Shown here: positions 1-12,500 of the stretch, piece after piece
Layout: each line of letters begins with the position of its first letter
How positions within the stretch are numbered: position 1 is the stretch's first letter
Origin: Vitrella brassicaformis CCMP3155
Taxonomy: Eukaryota; Protista; Chromerida
Length of the DNA: 64,000 nt
Direction: 5' to 3'
NCBI GenBank assembly: GCA_001179505.1
Contig: CDMY01000356.1
Coordinates: 186,001 to 250,000 of the forward strand
The notes under the pieces: generated by a model
The model's database searches: none
What the model was told of the DNA's origin: nothing
Seen by the model: only the letters and a program-made list of their open reading frames with translations
Made by a program: the position numbers and the translations under genes

Positions 1-1439
1 CCAGCACTTGCCGCCCTCCAGGGAGACTTGGTGACAACGCTGGCAGCCGCATGCCGCTCCCTGCCTCGGCCGGGAACACATCCGCTCCTCCACTCCTTCC
101 CCACACACGCTCGGACAGGCCGAGGATCAGCTGCCTCAGCGGCCGCCTCTCAGCTGTCGGTGTCTGTGATAATGCTGTGTCCTGTGCTGCTGGTGTCTGT
201 GCTGATGCGTCTGCCTTGAGGGATCGCTGTGCGGTCCTGGGGGTGAGTACGGCCTGGTACTGGTCGTTGTTCTGCAGCAGCTTGATGGCCGTGGCCACCA
301 TGGGGTCGTACTGCAGGTTCTGGGAGAGGCGGAGGGTGTCGGGCAGATACCTGCACACAGGGAGGGACAGAGGGAGGGAGGGACGCATCAACACCAGGTG
401 GGTGGCTGTCTGGATCTGGAGGTGGTTGTGGTTGTGGTTGTGGTTGCGGGTGATTGATTACCTTTGTTTGATGGCGTCTGCGAGGTCGAGTTTGAGTTCC
501 TTTGCGTTGCGGACAAAGTCATTCTTGATCTCCTTGGCCAAGTCCTCCCTGCAGCCAGTCAGTCAAAGACGCCATATATCATATGCTGTCCTGCCTGCCT
601 GCACTGGGGCGTGTATGTATATATGTCTATGTGACCTAAGTTGTTGTATTCCCTTTTCGACCGCCTTTGTATACGACTGGTCGCTGCGGTCCAACTCCTT
701 CAGCAACGTACCTGCTCACACACAAGAGACACAGGGAGGCAGGCCGGATCGGATCCCCATACACACACACACACATGGGGTGAGGTGGTGTGCCTTGGCC
801 GCGCTCTCTCACCTAGGTCGTTCAGTTGCGATGCGTAGAGAGTGTCGAGTTTGATCTTGCCGCTCTTGACGCGCTCCAACACCCACCTGTGACCATATAT
901 GAAGACGCAGGGCAGGCATAATGGAAGGATACTCGTCTGTCTGCATGATGTGTGTCCATCCATCGAGGGATGTTTGTCGGGTAGGTACCCTTGGAAAGCG
1001 TCGTAGATGTCGTCAATCTGGCTGTCGATCTCACCACGATACTGCAAACAGTGCAGTGCAATGGGCACAGATATGATGCCTGTGTGAGAGTCTGTCCGGT
1101 GTGGTTCGTCTCCCACGCACCTGCCCACCCACCTCATTGAATTTGGACCACTCAGCCGCATAGTCGAACATAGCTCCCTGATAGATACACAAACACAGGA
1201 CTCGGGAGGGACACACACGTGTGTCGGTGTTCCTTCCCAACCCACGCACCCACACAGACAAGAGGAAGAAGCGTTTGGGGGTACATACCTGTGAGATGAG
1301 TGTGATCTCGAGAGGAGAGGTCTTGGGCAGGTTGACCTTTACGTCGGCCTCGATGCCGCCACCGTCGCGCACGTACCGACCCCCACGCGTCTTGAACACC
1401 TTCCTCTCGCTCTCGGATATCTCGTCAGACAGATACCTA

Positions 1440-1475
<36 letters not shown>

Positions 1476-4400
1476 TGGACATGAATGAAAGCATATGCCC
1501 TGTGCATCTGTCTGTCGACACACACATGTGTGTCACACACCTGAGGTCGCTGTCGTCAGTTTTCCTCCGTCCGTTCCTCCGTGACTGTGGGTCGGTCGTC
1601 GATGGCCCATTAATGGTCTCCTGCGGGGCCGTGGGTGTGCCCTGGGTGTCTTCGTTGGGGGTCGTGGTTGAGGCGTCGGCCATGTTGACGCCGCCCTCCG
1701 AGTACTTGACGCTCTGGATGCACCGACCGCTGGGCGTGTAATACCTGCACGCAGGCATGCAGAGAGGGGGGGAAGAAGGTGCGTGTTGCTCTCTCTCTCT
1801 TCTGCGATGGCTGGCTGACTTTGCGACGGTATATTTGAGAGCGGTGTCGAAGGGAAGGGCCTCGACGTTCTGGACCAGACCCTTGCCGAACGTCCTGCAG
1901 CAGCCACACACACACGCATGGCATGTATGGATGGATGGCGTGATCCGCTTAGTTACTGGCTCACTCACCTTCCTGTGCCGACGATGACGCCACAGTCCAG
2001 GTCCTGAAAATGAGACGAATGAATGGGCTGGCCGGCCATGCGACTACGTACGTGTGCCTGCCTGCCTGCCTGGGCATCGATCGCATCGATGTATGTATCT
2101 ATCCCCCACTGACCTACCTGTATGGCGCCCGATACAATCTCAGCTGCAGATGCGGTGGCTTCATTCGTCAGAAGAACCAACTTGACGCTCGGGTCCAACA
2201 CGGGCTCGGTCGTACTCCTGGTGGCTCACACCATACACACACACGGAACGATGAACCAACCTCGTGTGTGTGTGTGTGGGCGTGTTGTGTTGGTCGTTCT
2301 CACTCACTTGTAGGCCACTCGCACGAACGATCGCCCCTGTGCGCTCACTATCTCCGACCCCTATGTGTGTCACAGATACATACATACACGCATCCATCGA
2401 CCCACTCATTAACGTGTCAGTCCGTCTGTCTTTGTGTGTTTGTTGGCTGTGAGCTCACTTTGGGTACGAACAGTGAAGCGATGTCGACGGCCGAGTTGAG
2501 GAGGCCGCCAGGGTTGCCCCGCAGGTCCAGCACCACCCCGTCCAGGCCGGCTCGCGGGGCGTTCTGCTGCAGCCAACGCAGCGCCACACGCATCTCCTGC
2601 ACCCACCCAACCAGGCCAGGCCAGGACACACACAAGGAACTCAGTCAACTCGGTGTCGCGTATGTATGTATTGTGTGCATGGAGGAGTGAGTGGACGGGG
2701 GGATCGGTTTGTTGTGCAATCCAAGCTGACGGCGAATGATGAGGCTGAGAAGCCACTGAGCTGGATGTAACCTGCACACGCACGACACGACAGGCAGACA
2801 GACAGACAGACAGAGGGATGGGCTGGGCTGGTGGTACTCCCTCGGTTGGTTAGTTACCGATTCCATCGTCTCTGCTGCCGAGATATTGGAAGAGCTTCAC
2901 ATTAGGGACGCGGACCAGCCGACGCGTGAGCGTCACCTGAAGAAAGAAGGATAGATACAAACCAAAGCGTGGCGCACTCTCATGCACACGAAGCGGAATG
3001 GCATGACGATCCGTGCACTGAACTCCACTCACTGCCCGTCTGTCTTTCTTCTCACCGATTGCAGTCCGTCGACGCCATCCCTGATGAAGGCCACGTTGAC
3101 TTGCGAGTCAGGCGGGCCCCTTAGCATGTTTTTGACTGCAGTGCACACACACCACAACCCCACCAACCCACCCAAATCTCCTGTGGGCCCCGTCTGTTCA
3201 TACGTCCACCACCCCTCATTCATTCTACGATAGATACCTTCCTCAGGCGAGAGATTAGCCACGGGTCTGCCCTCGACCTCCACCAGATGGTCGCCCACCC
3301 TCATGCCAGCGTCGAAGGCATAGCCCTCGAACGCACCCATGACTATGATGCCCGTCGGGTCCTTGCCGCGCTGCGGGAAGGAGGTTCGCTGGGATGGGGA
3401 TGTTGGCGGGGATGGGGAGGGTGGGGAGGGTGAGGGGGCGATGCGTTGGGGGATGGGCTCGGCCGACGCCGTGAAGGGGCGGAGGGTGGAGGCCATCGGG
3501 CCGATGCTGTCTGCCTTTGGCTTCTCGGCCTCGAGGATGAGGTCGATCTCCTTGGTGGCCGTGTCGATCACCTGTAAGTGAAGGGAATGGGCGAACATGC
3601 CTCTTGTGTGTGTGTGTGTGCGGTTGGTGGTCGTACGTACCCTTTGTGGCGGGTTTCTGTCGACGGCAATGACGAGACCCACACCGCCGTAGCGGCCTGC
3701 GACATTCTCACGAAGATCTGACGCTGCCTGCAAATAAAAACCAAGGCCGAGGGATACCGACAGAGTGACACATTCCGTTCGGATGGATGGATGGAGGCTG
3801 TGGTGTGGTGACCTGCAGGTTTTCAAACTCTGTGTATGGGTCAAGGCTCCTCAGCATGGCCGTCACGGCCGTGTTGAACAGCTTCTCAGTGTCGACCTTC
3901 TCAACGTAACCTGAATGAACAATCATTAGGTACCAAACAACCATAATCACTCGACGCCACCCACCGCACGGCACGCACCCAAGTGTCTGGTGCCGCCCAG
4001 CCCACCTCTCTCCACATCCGTCAGGATGGTCTCGAAGAGCGCCACAGACCGTCTCACGGGCTCGTCGATCATCTGCACCGGCGCCAGCAGCAGCCCAAAC
4101 GTCAAGATGACTCCAGACACAGCCCCGCCCACAAAGGACCCGATGCCGCCCCACGGCAGCGAGCGCACATCAGGGGCAGGCACCGAAAGCGTCCGGTTCA
4201 TCACCTCCACTTGCAAGAGGGGGCGAGGGGGGGAGGGGGAGGGGGGAGGGGACACAGACACAGGGGGGGAGGACGCACCGCTCGTCTCGCCGTCCAGACC
4301 TAGCCGCTGCCTTATCGAAGCGAGAGGATCCGTCTGTGGGGGTGACGGCCTGGTTGTGGCTGGCTCGTCTTTCCTCTTGCCGATCAGCCCATCCAGCCAG

Positions 4401-4738
4401 TTGGTTGTCAAAGGCTCCTGTTGCTTGGTCTGTCTGGTGGGTGGCGGCCCGCCCTGGGTGGTGCCAGCCAGATCCCTCAGCGAGTCGATGAAAGACTGTG
4501 GCTGCCCGCCGCTCTTGTCCGTCGGCTCGGGCGCATCCTTCTTGAACAGGGTGCGACGCGTAGACAGGCGAATCCGCTGTGCGTGCTGCGGCCGGAATGG
4601 CGTCGAGCCGATGAAAGCCACGTCAGATAGCGCCCCGCCGAGCGCTTCACTCGCAAGCCAGGCGACAGCGATGATCAGACGGAGGCAGGCAGAGCTGCCG
4701 GCAAGCCAGGATGGATCATAGGAGGCGAGAAGAGCCAT
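1..4738 (-). CDS. ctpA: C-terminal processing peptidase (S41A, CtpA/Prc family) with PDZ domain; bipartite plastid-targeting leader; multi-exon, 3' end runs off the window
   Basis: The spliced exons read YVEKVDTEKLFNTAVTAMLRSLDPYT, then a PDZ segment (GAFEGYAFDAGMRVGDHLVEVEG), GYIQLSGFS, VVLDLRGNPGGLL, catalytic Ser motif LTNEATASAAEIVSGAIQ, catalytic Lys motif GRTFGKGLVQ, and KYYTPSGRCIQ. The N-terminus has a hydrophobic signal (LRLIIAVAWLASEALGGALS), then VAF and an Arg-rich stretch. ATG is at 4738. Confidence 0.92.
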
Positions 4739-4970
4739 CGTCAGAGCAGGAGCCGCTCAGCTGATGATGTCAGTGCTGTCGTGGATCATGCACTAACAGA
4801 GAGATCTGCTTCGGCACGGATCTCTGTGGCACAGACAAGCACACGCATCGCAGATACTCTGCACAGTGATAGCTCCTGCAACTCTTTCTGCGAGCTTGCC
4901 CATTCTAAGCTCGCCTTCACCCCCAAATGTGAAGGGAAGGGTGACAGTCGACCCAGGAAAGGACTGCACA
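4739..4970. promoter_or_regulatory. Putative bidirectional promoter between ctpA-like (-) and Tubby-like (+) genes
   Basis: About 230 bp separate two divergent start codons (4738 and 4971). Promoter elements were not identified; the call rests on position only. Confidence 0.45.
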
Positions 4971-7729
4971 ATGATGCAGCCAGACGAAGGACCGGCTTAC
5001 GCCGAAGATCCATCAACCACGGAAGCAGCATCATCCGCAGCAGCCGCGTGGCAGCCGCAGCTGACTTACGAACATGACGGCACATCCGCCACACACGCAT
5101 CAGCACACTATCAGCAGCAGCAGCAGTATCGGGCTTACGAGCAGGCCTACCAATACGACGGCCATGCATACGCCGACGCGGCGCAGAGGCCTCCCGGCCA
5201 CGGCTATGGCAGCTATGACGGAACTCGTCAAAGGTCAGCAGCACACTACGATTACCCCGCGCAGGCAGCCTATGAGTCAGATCCCTCCCACTGGCACACG
5301 CAACAGTACCAGCAGTATGAGGTCGGCAGTGTGCCCTATTATCACGAGCATGAGCAGCCTTCCGCCGCAGCTGATCCCGTCCCCTCTCCCCCGTCCCCTT
5401 CCCACCACCACCCCTCTCAGTCCCCTTCACCCTCACCCTCACCGTCCCCTCATGCCAGCAGCACTGACCTCGGCTATGAGGTGCATGCGGCTGCTCCAAC
5501 CGCAGTCAACGGCATGGCTGATCTAGCTGCTGATGTACTACCGGCCACGCATGACGAGCCGCTCACCGACGACAGCGATGCCGAGGGCCACATCACTCTG
5601 GTCGTCACACACATTTTTCCAAGGGCGGGCAAGGGAGGCGGTCCGGCGGGCGAGTCGACCGCCACCGATTCACACGGACATGCAGCATCGGGTGGTGATG
5701 CGGCAACGAGGAGGAGCAACTTCGATGACAGCGGGAGGGACGAGGCCAACCCGCCCGGTACGGAGATCACGATGGACGTCTACAGCATGAGCTCGTCGGC
5801 CGTGGTGCGGCCTCACGTGCTGCGCCGCAGCAGGTTCCTGAGGAAAGAGCTGGACGAGCTCGAGAGTGTGCGGCGCGGCGAGACGCCCCTGGAGATCAAG
5901 ATACGGGGGCGCAAGTCCTTCCTCACGGTCGACGGGGTGTGGGGATGCGTCGAGAGCCTGCTCGACGTCGACCAACAGGCCTTCAATCCGCAGAGCTTCA
6001 GTGGCATTGGGCTCTTCGCAGTGTTCAGTGCCGCAAAGCTGCTCGGACTGGTGAGGGAGGGAGAGGAACACAAATAAGCTGGCTCTTGCAAGATCCAATC
6101 GGGGTCATCCATTTGTTGTGGTGTGGTGGTTTGTTGTGTGCTGGCTGGCGTGTGTCAGGAGGACATGGCTGAGGCCTGTCGTGAGGAGATCTGCCGCACC
6201 CTGTCTGCCGACACGGTGGCCGTGGCCACATGGCTCGCATTCAAATATGACGACGCCGACCTGCTCGAAAGGCACGCCACGCAGCCACACTGCACACAGC
6301 CAAGAGAAGAGCACACACCCACTCTGCTGCCTCCCTCCCTCCCTCCCTCCCTGTCTGTCTGTCTGTCTGTCGTGCCGATGTATGGTATGTCAGGTGTTAC
6401 TGGTACCTCAAGGACCTCATCTGTTCGCACAAGGTGCCCTCAGCGTGGAGCGCCATGACACTACCCACCACCACCACCAGCAGCAGCAGCAGCGGCAGCG
6501 GCACCACCGGCAGCACCGGCACCACCGTGCCTGGCGCGAGCGGCACCAGGCTGCTGGAGGGCGGGCTGAGCTATCGCGGCATCAGGACGCCCATGTCTGT
6601 CTTTCGCACCGTCGTCGAGCAAGACGCCATTAGGAAAAAAGCCCTGCTCAAACCACACTCGGGGTATGTCAGTGAGGCAGACAGACACACTGAAAGATAT
6701 GTATGTGACTTCCTGCTGTGTGTGCCATGGTATGGTTTTGTGTGTGTGTGTGTCGTGCGTGTTTGTAGGTATTTGTTGTGTCAGATCAACCGCACCCGGC
6801 AGGACTATGGCGGCTTCCCGCACCACTATGTGCTGCGCAACGACAGCGACAAGGAGCCCGTCCTGTGGGCGACAGTCAGGGACGAACACTCGGACGTCAG
6901 GATCTTCGACAAAGAGGTCAGCAGCCAACACAACACAACACAACATACACACACACACATGTTCAGTCAGGCGTTGATGGGCCTCGGGCGTGTGTGCGTG
7001 TGTAGGGTTGTTGCGAGGCGTTTGATGCGCATTATGTGGGTATGGTAGAGCCCAACTTTTGGGGCACGTCGTTTGTGGTGCACGACTGGGGCGTCCCGCT
7101 GTACCTCAAGAAGGACCGCCTCGGCAAGCAGCTGCCCATGCCCGAGAGGAAAAAGCTGGTACGTACGCTACCCCCGCAGATACATACGAGGGAAGCGAGG
7201 CGAGGCCAGCGAGTGGGCCAACACCGATGATGTATGTATCTATCTGTGTGTGGATTGGGTGGGATGGGTGCATTGCCTTCCTTCACTGTGGCAGTTGGAC
7301 GTCAAGTTCGACACCAACATTCTCGGCGACTGCCCCAGGCACATCATGGTCACGCTGGACAGAGATGGTCAGCCAGTCAGCGAGCACTGCACGCAGATAG
7401 ATAACATAGATAGCACCCCATCAATGAATGCCATCTCTATCTGTCGCCTGCTTTGCATGTGTGTAGGAGAGCACTGCGAGATGGAGAACATCGCGCCCAA
7501 GTGGGACCCGGCGCTCAACTCTTACGCGCTGCCCTTCTACGGGCGGGTCAAGTTGGCGTCTGCCAAGAACTTCCAGCTGGTGCGCAAGGGTGACCAGAAC
7601 GACATCATGCTCATGTTCGGCAAGATCTCCAAGGACGTCTTCAGCCTCGACTTCAGACACCCCCTCACAAGACTAGACGCCTTCGCCATCTCCATCGCTG
7701 CCATGGCCAAGAAAAGGGCTGTCGCATGA
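4971..7729 (+). CDS. Tubby-domain protein with N-terminal low-complexity region and BTB/BACK-like module
   Basis: The last exon is the canonical Tubby C-terminus (ENIAPKWDPALNSYALPFYGRVKLASAKNFQLV...MFGKISKDVFSLDFRHPLTRLDAFAISIA). Upstream exons give a BTB/BACK-like pattern (LFAVFSAAKLLGL|EDMAEACREEICRTLSADTVAVATWLAFKYDDADLLERCYWYLK). Stop is TGA at 7727-7729. Confidence 0.85.
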
Positions 7730-7996
7730 CTTGAGTAGCCAGATATGTACCCAAACAGCCAAAGAGCCGGCCAGACGTACAGACAGACGCGTGTGTGTGG
7801 AGGTGGCGGTGGTTCATCGCATATACCGACCATGGTATCTGTGGGTCGCAGAGGTGTGCAGATTGTCAGTTCTCGCGCGCGAATCTAGCCCGGAAGGGAC
7901 CTCGCCGGCAGAAAATTTCGCGATCTCCCTGCCGTCGAGATTGATTACAGTAGCCGGCGAGGCGGATTGACTACAGTAGCTAGATTAGAACATCGC

Positions 7997-8924
7997 ATGG
8001 GTCAGATAGTGTCGTCGACGTTATCATCCTGGTGCCCATCCAATGACTCCCCCTGCCGCCGGGGGATGCTCTGCTGCTTCGCCGAGCCGGCACGACACGC
8101 CAAGGCCCCGCCAGCAGAGATCTCCACTGAAGGTACTTACGTATGGATGGATGCATGGCCGACACTGGATGGATGGATGGATGTGTGCGCTGTGTATGCT
8201 GTGCTGCAGGGTTGGTTGGTGATTACGCGCCGGCATCCGAGAGCGCCCGTGGTGAGCTGCAGCCGTTCGTCTACCAGATGCAGAAGGGCGTCTTCGTCAG
8301 TGCAGTTCTGCAGGTGGGTGCGTGCCAAGAGGGAGGGAAGAATCCATCCCTCCATTCATCCATCCAAAGCTTTGGATGGATGGACCCCTCTCCCTTCCCT
8401 GTGTTGTGTGTTGTGTATTGTGTGTGCAGGACGGCAGCGCCTTAGTATGCGAAATCAAGCTGGACCCATCGCATGACTTCATGACCATACAGAGCGAGGT
8501 AGATGCATAAATGGATGCATGGGGTGCGTGTGTGGGTGTGGGTGTGGGTGTGGACGTACACACATACCTGCGCACACAGGACAAGTCCCGCAAGGTGATG
8601 TTGCGCGACATCCGCGATGTGCTGAGCGAGCCGGGTCAGCTCAAGAGGGTAGAGACCAAAGCTACCATCATAGACGACCCCAGGTGAGTGAAACGAACGG
8701 TGGCGACCACGCCTATATATTCAAAATGCCGAAAGGATGTTATCAATGCTCTCTCCTGTGCGTGTGTGCGGTATCTATATAGTTGTCTGGCTCTGCACAT
8801 CGACAAGAGCGGCAGCTGCATCGTGTTCCGCTGCAACAGCGCCACCGAGCGGAAGGACCTCGTCACCGCACTCCTGTGGCTCAAGAGGAAAGCGCTGGCC
8901 AAGGATGTGCCGGCATCCGTCTGA
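7997..8924 (+). CDS. ISP: IMC sub-compartment protein (ISP family; acylated PH-fold protein)
   Basis: MG start (myristoylation) and a CC pair (palmitoylation). The spliced core is VSAVLQDGSALVCEIKLDP...DKSRKVMLRDIRDVLSEPGQLKRVETKATIIDDPSCLALHIDKSGSCIVFR, which matches the ISP signature (LQDG..L.C, QLKRVETKA, CVALHL..SGNCIP). Five exons. Confidence 0.87.
8357..8382. repeat. Perfect 26-bp palindrome built from (CATC)/(GATG) microsatellite halves inside an ISP intron
   Basis: catccatccaaag|ctttggatggatg is its own reverse complement. It is flanked by further complementary arms (gagggagggaag ... cttccct). Confidence 0.9.
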
Positions 8925-9531
8925 TCCGACGCAGGCAGGAATGCACGGACGGAAGGATGGGAAAGGCCTGCAGGGACGGGGGGAGGGGGCGGGGCATGGG
9001 TGGGTGCATAAATTCGCGCTGGTCAGCCAGCCAGCTAATAGGCCGATAGACACGTGTGCGTGTGCGTGTGCATGTTTGCGCGTGTGAGTGACAGACAGAT
9101 GCATTTGTGTGAGTGAATGTCGATAAAGCCCATTGAACGAACGAGCGAACAAGTATGCAAAAGGTCCAAAGGAAGGTGTGTTCCTGTCCACAGACACGTC
9201 CGTCCAATCCAACACACACAGACAAGACACGAAGGCACACAAAGGCACACAAAGGCACATCCACATCACGTGCACGCACACGGAAAATGTCTTCTGTATG
9301 TGTGGCCCCCGAGACTGTACACACGCCCAAGAGAGCAACATCTTTGTTATCATGCAGTCAAGTGTCGGGGGCCGGGGGGTTGCACCATAGCTGAAATAAA
9401 GAAGAAACACCCACGCAATCTTAAGCTCTGCCAATAGGCAGCTAGCTCCACACGGATGGATACACACGGTGCAGGAAAACTTTGAATGAACCCAGGCTGC
9501 ACAGCACAACACAACACAGTACAGAGTCACA

Positions 9532-12500
9532 TCAGAAAAGGCCGCCGCCATGGTGGTACATGTCGCCATAACCAACAGCAGCAGCGGCAGCAGCAGCAGC
9601 AGCCGGTGCATCAGCAGCACCACCTCCCCCTCTGTCTTCCCCCGCCGCCGACGCAGCAGCAGCAGCTGGTGCCCCTCCCGGCGGTGGCAGCCTGCTCCCC
9701 CTCCCCCGATCCGTCATTGTGGGCGGCACGCTCGCTGCCTGCGACCTCCTGTGCCGAAGGTCGCCGGTGGACCCAAACATTGGGGGTGGCGATCGGCTGG
9801 TGATGGGGTGTATGGTGGGCGGTGGCTGGGGCGGCAAGGGCGAACGTGGGACGTACCCGGGGGTGCTCCTCTCCCATCTAGTGGAATACGGGTCGGTTGC
9901 CGGAGTCTGGTCGGTCTCCTTCATGTCATCCCTCCGCCAGGTCCGCACCGGCTCCTGCCCCGCCGCCCGTCGTGTGAGGGAGAGAACGGCCCTCTCGATG
10001 GAGCGATACGCGCCACTCCCGGCAGTGCTCACGCTGCTGATCACCGCGCCGATGATGCGGCCGGTTGCTGTGAGGAGGGCCTGGATGATGAGGGGTATGT
10101 TGAGGAAGGGGCAGCAGAGCGAGAGGGCGAGCAGGGCCAGGACGATCACGGCAAAGAGCGGCAGCATGAAGACCATGTAGAGGCACCAGTAGACGGCGAA
10201 GCCGAAGTAGGACGACTCGCAGGATAATTGGATCGTAGCACCTTGCGCATCTCTTGTCGCGTTCGGCTTATGCGTCGCTGATGATGTCAGGTTCTTCGTG
10301 TGGCCGACATCCAGGCTCACCCGTCCGGTAGCGGCGTCGCACGCCCACTCCATCCCTGCCGCCGCCTTCTCATGGGCCCACACCATCCACCCAGCCGCCC
10401 GCGGCAGCCGCTCCCTCCTCTCGTATCGGCGTGCTCCCCATTCACCACGATCCACCTCCGTCTCTTCCCGGCCGTCCTGTCGCGTTTTCACGTCCTCGGC
10501 AGCAGCAGCTGGTTCTCGAGGATGCACGGCTGGTGGTGGGTCGAGTGGATGGAAGTAGATGTCATCCGGGTGCATTGGTGCGCCCACACAGACTCTGAGG
10601 ACGTCTAAGAACTTGGGGTTGAATGGCGCGTCGAGGGACAGGTGGGTTGCCGAGGGGACGTGTGGCTGGATTGTCGTTGTTGTGGTGGGTGACGGTGTGA
10701 GGTGCACCACCAGGCTGGCGCATCCCTGGCTGCGGGCCTCCACGCCGATGGAAAACTCTCCCTCCTCTCTGCAGTGGAGTGCAGCAACAGACAGACAGAC
10801 ACAAGACATAAATGAATGAGCGTCCTCCGCGCTTTTCTCCCTTATACATTTGCGTCCGTACTGGTGAATGGCCGTGACGGCGAGGACAGATGGGTGGCTT
10901 GAAGTGATGCCCAGCCTTGAGCTCATGGGCGGCTCCAGATGCTGCCCCCGCGGGTCGACAAGCCGCAAACGATACCACTGCAGCCCGCCCCAATACTCGT
11001 CGCCCCAGAAATTGGTACTACCGCTCCATCTTTCTGCGTCTTCACCGAGGTACACGGGCAGCTGCAGCGTGAGCAGAGGCAGCGACGCCGCGGGGTTGTC
11101 GACTGCCGGTGCGACGAGGGTGAAGGGCTGATGCCACATCTTGAGGGGCCGGTCGTCGAGGGTGACGTGTGTGGGGCTGGGGTGGGACGCCAAACGGTGT
11201 GGGCGGATGAACCGGTACCGGGGCGTCATCTCCACACCACCGATGGGCGCCAACTTGACCCAAAACAAACGCTGACAGACAGACAGATACATACCACAGG
11301 CAGCTGAAATACAATCGGTGGATGGGTGTCTGTATGGCCTGTGTTCAGACCTCCAGCTGTGGCGTTTCCAGTGCGAGCGGCGCTCGTCCCTTGCCGCCGT
11401 TCATGGCCTTTGTGGTGAACATGAGGTGCAGCTTCACACTCGTCTGTAGCCGTAGAGTGATGCCACGGTGCTGTCCACCGCCCCGGCCCCTCCGAACTTC
11501 GGGCGTGTCCGCCTCCACCTTGACATGCAGCGCCACCCGCACTCTCGGGTCGCTGACGTAGGAGCCGTGTGAATCGTCCTCCACCCTGTACAGCCGCTGG
11601 TACACCGATTGCACCGCACGGCTCCTCTCGACCAGCGTCTCGTCACGCAGCAGCCACTCGACCACGGCCTGCTGGTCAGTTGTCGCGATGCCCTCCCATC
11701 TGTCGGACCACTCTAGCACCATGTTCACCACCTTGCCATGGTGTGTGTGGCTGGTGTGTGTCCGATTTGCGTCCCACAGCAGGGCAATCTTCTCCTGCAG
11801 TGTGTCGCAAAAGGCCGTGACCGCCTCGGCTGCCTCCGGGTCGGCGGGAATGTGGCTGTTGCCGGCGAGGAAGGCGTTGGGGCGGTGCTTCTCGACGAGA
11901 GAGAGGTTGAAGTCGCCGCCTGCTCGCGCTGTAAAGTGGTATGTGTAGGGATGCATGTATGCGAATGACTCGAGGAAGATGGAGATCTGGGATGAGGGCG
12001 GGACGGTGACGTGGTACTCTCTGTCCTGCTGGCGGCCCGGGTGGCGATGGTCGGAGGGGCTCATTGGGCGGGGGATGGGGGGCACCAGCAACACCTCCAC
12101 TTCTCCCGCACTCACGTAACGCTGCACACAACACACCCCCATCACACACACGAGTGTAGGTAGGCACAATTAAACACATGGTTGGTGCTGGGCTGCCTCT
12201 CAGACTGTCTCCCAGCCCACTCACCTTTGGTAGTACGATGTCCCGCATGGCCTCGCCCACGGCCATGGCGCCCAGGATGCTGTCCTTGTCATCTCCACCC
12301 AGCTCACCCTCTCCCTCACCCATACCCCGGCCGATAGCCCGGCGAGCCGCACTCTCATCGCTGAAATACCGGACCAAGCGGCCGATAGACGACGCACAGA
12401 TGGCCTCCACCTGCACTGCGCTGCGCCCCGGCTGGCGACCAATCACCGGCACAGCAACCAGACCGACTCCCCCCACCGACACGCGTGATACGTTGCTGTT

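Noticed and set aside
5420-5450. CCCTCA-like repeats as telomere-like sequence
   Set aside because: They encode the SPSPSP low-complexity linker of the Tubby gene and are not a telomeric array.
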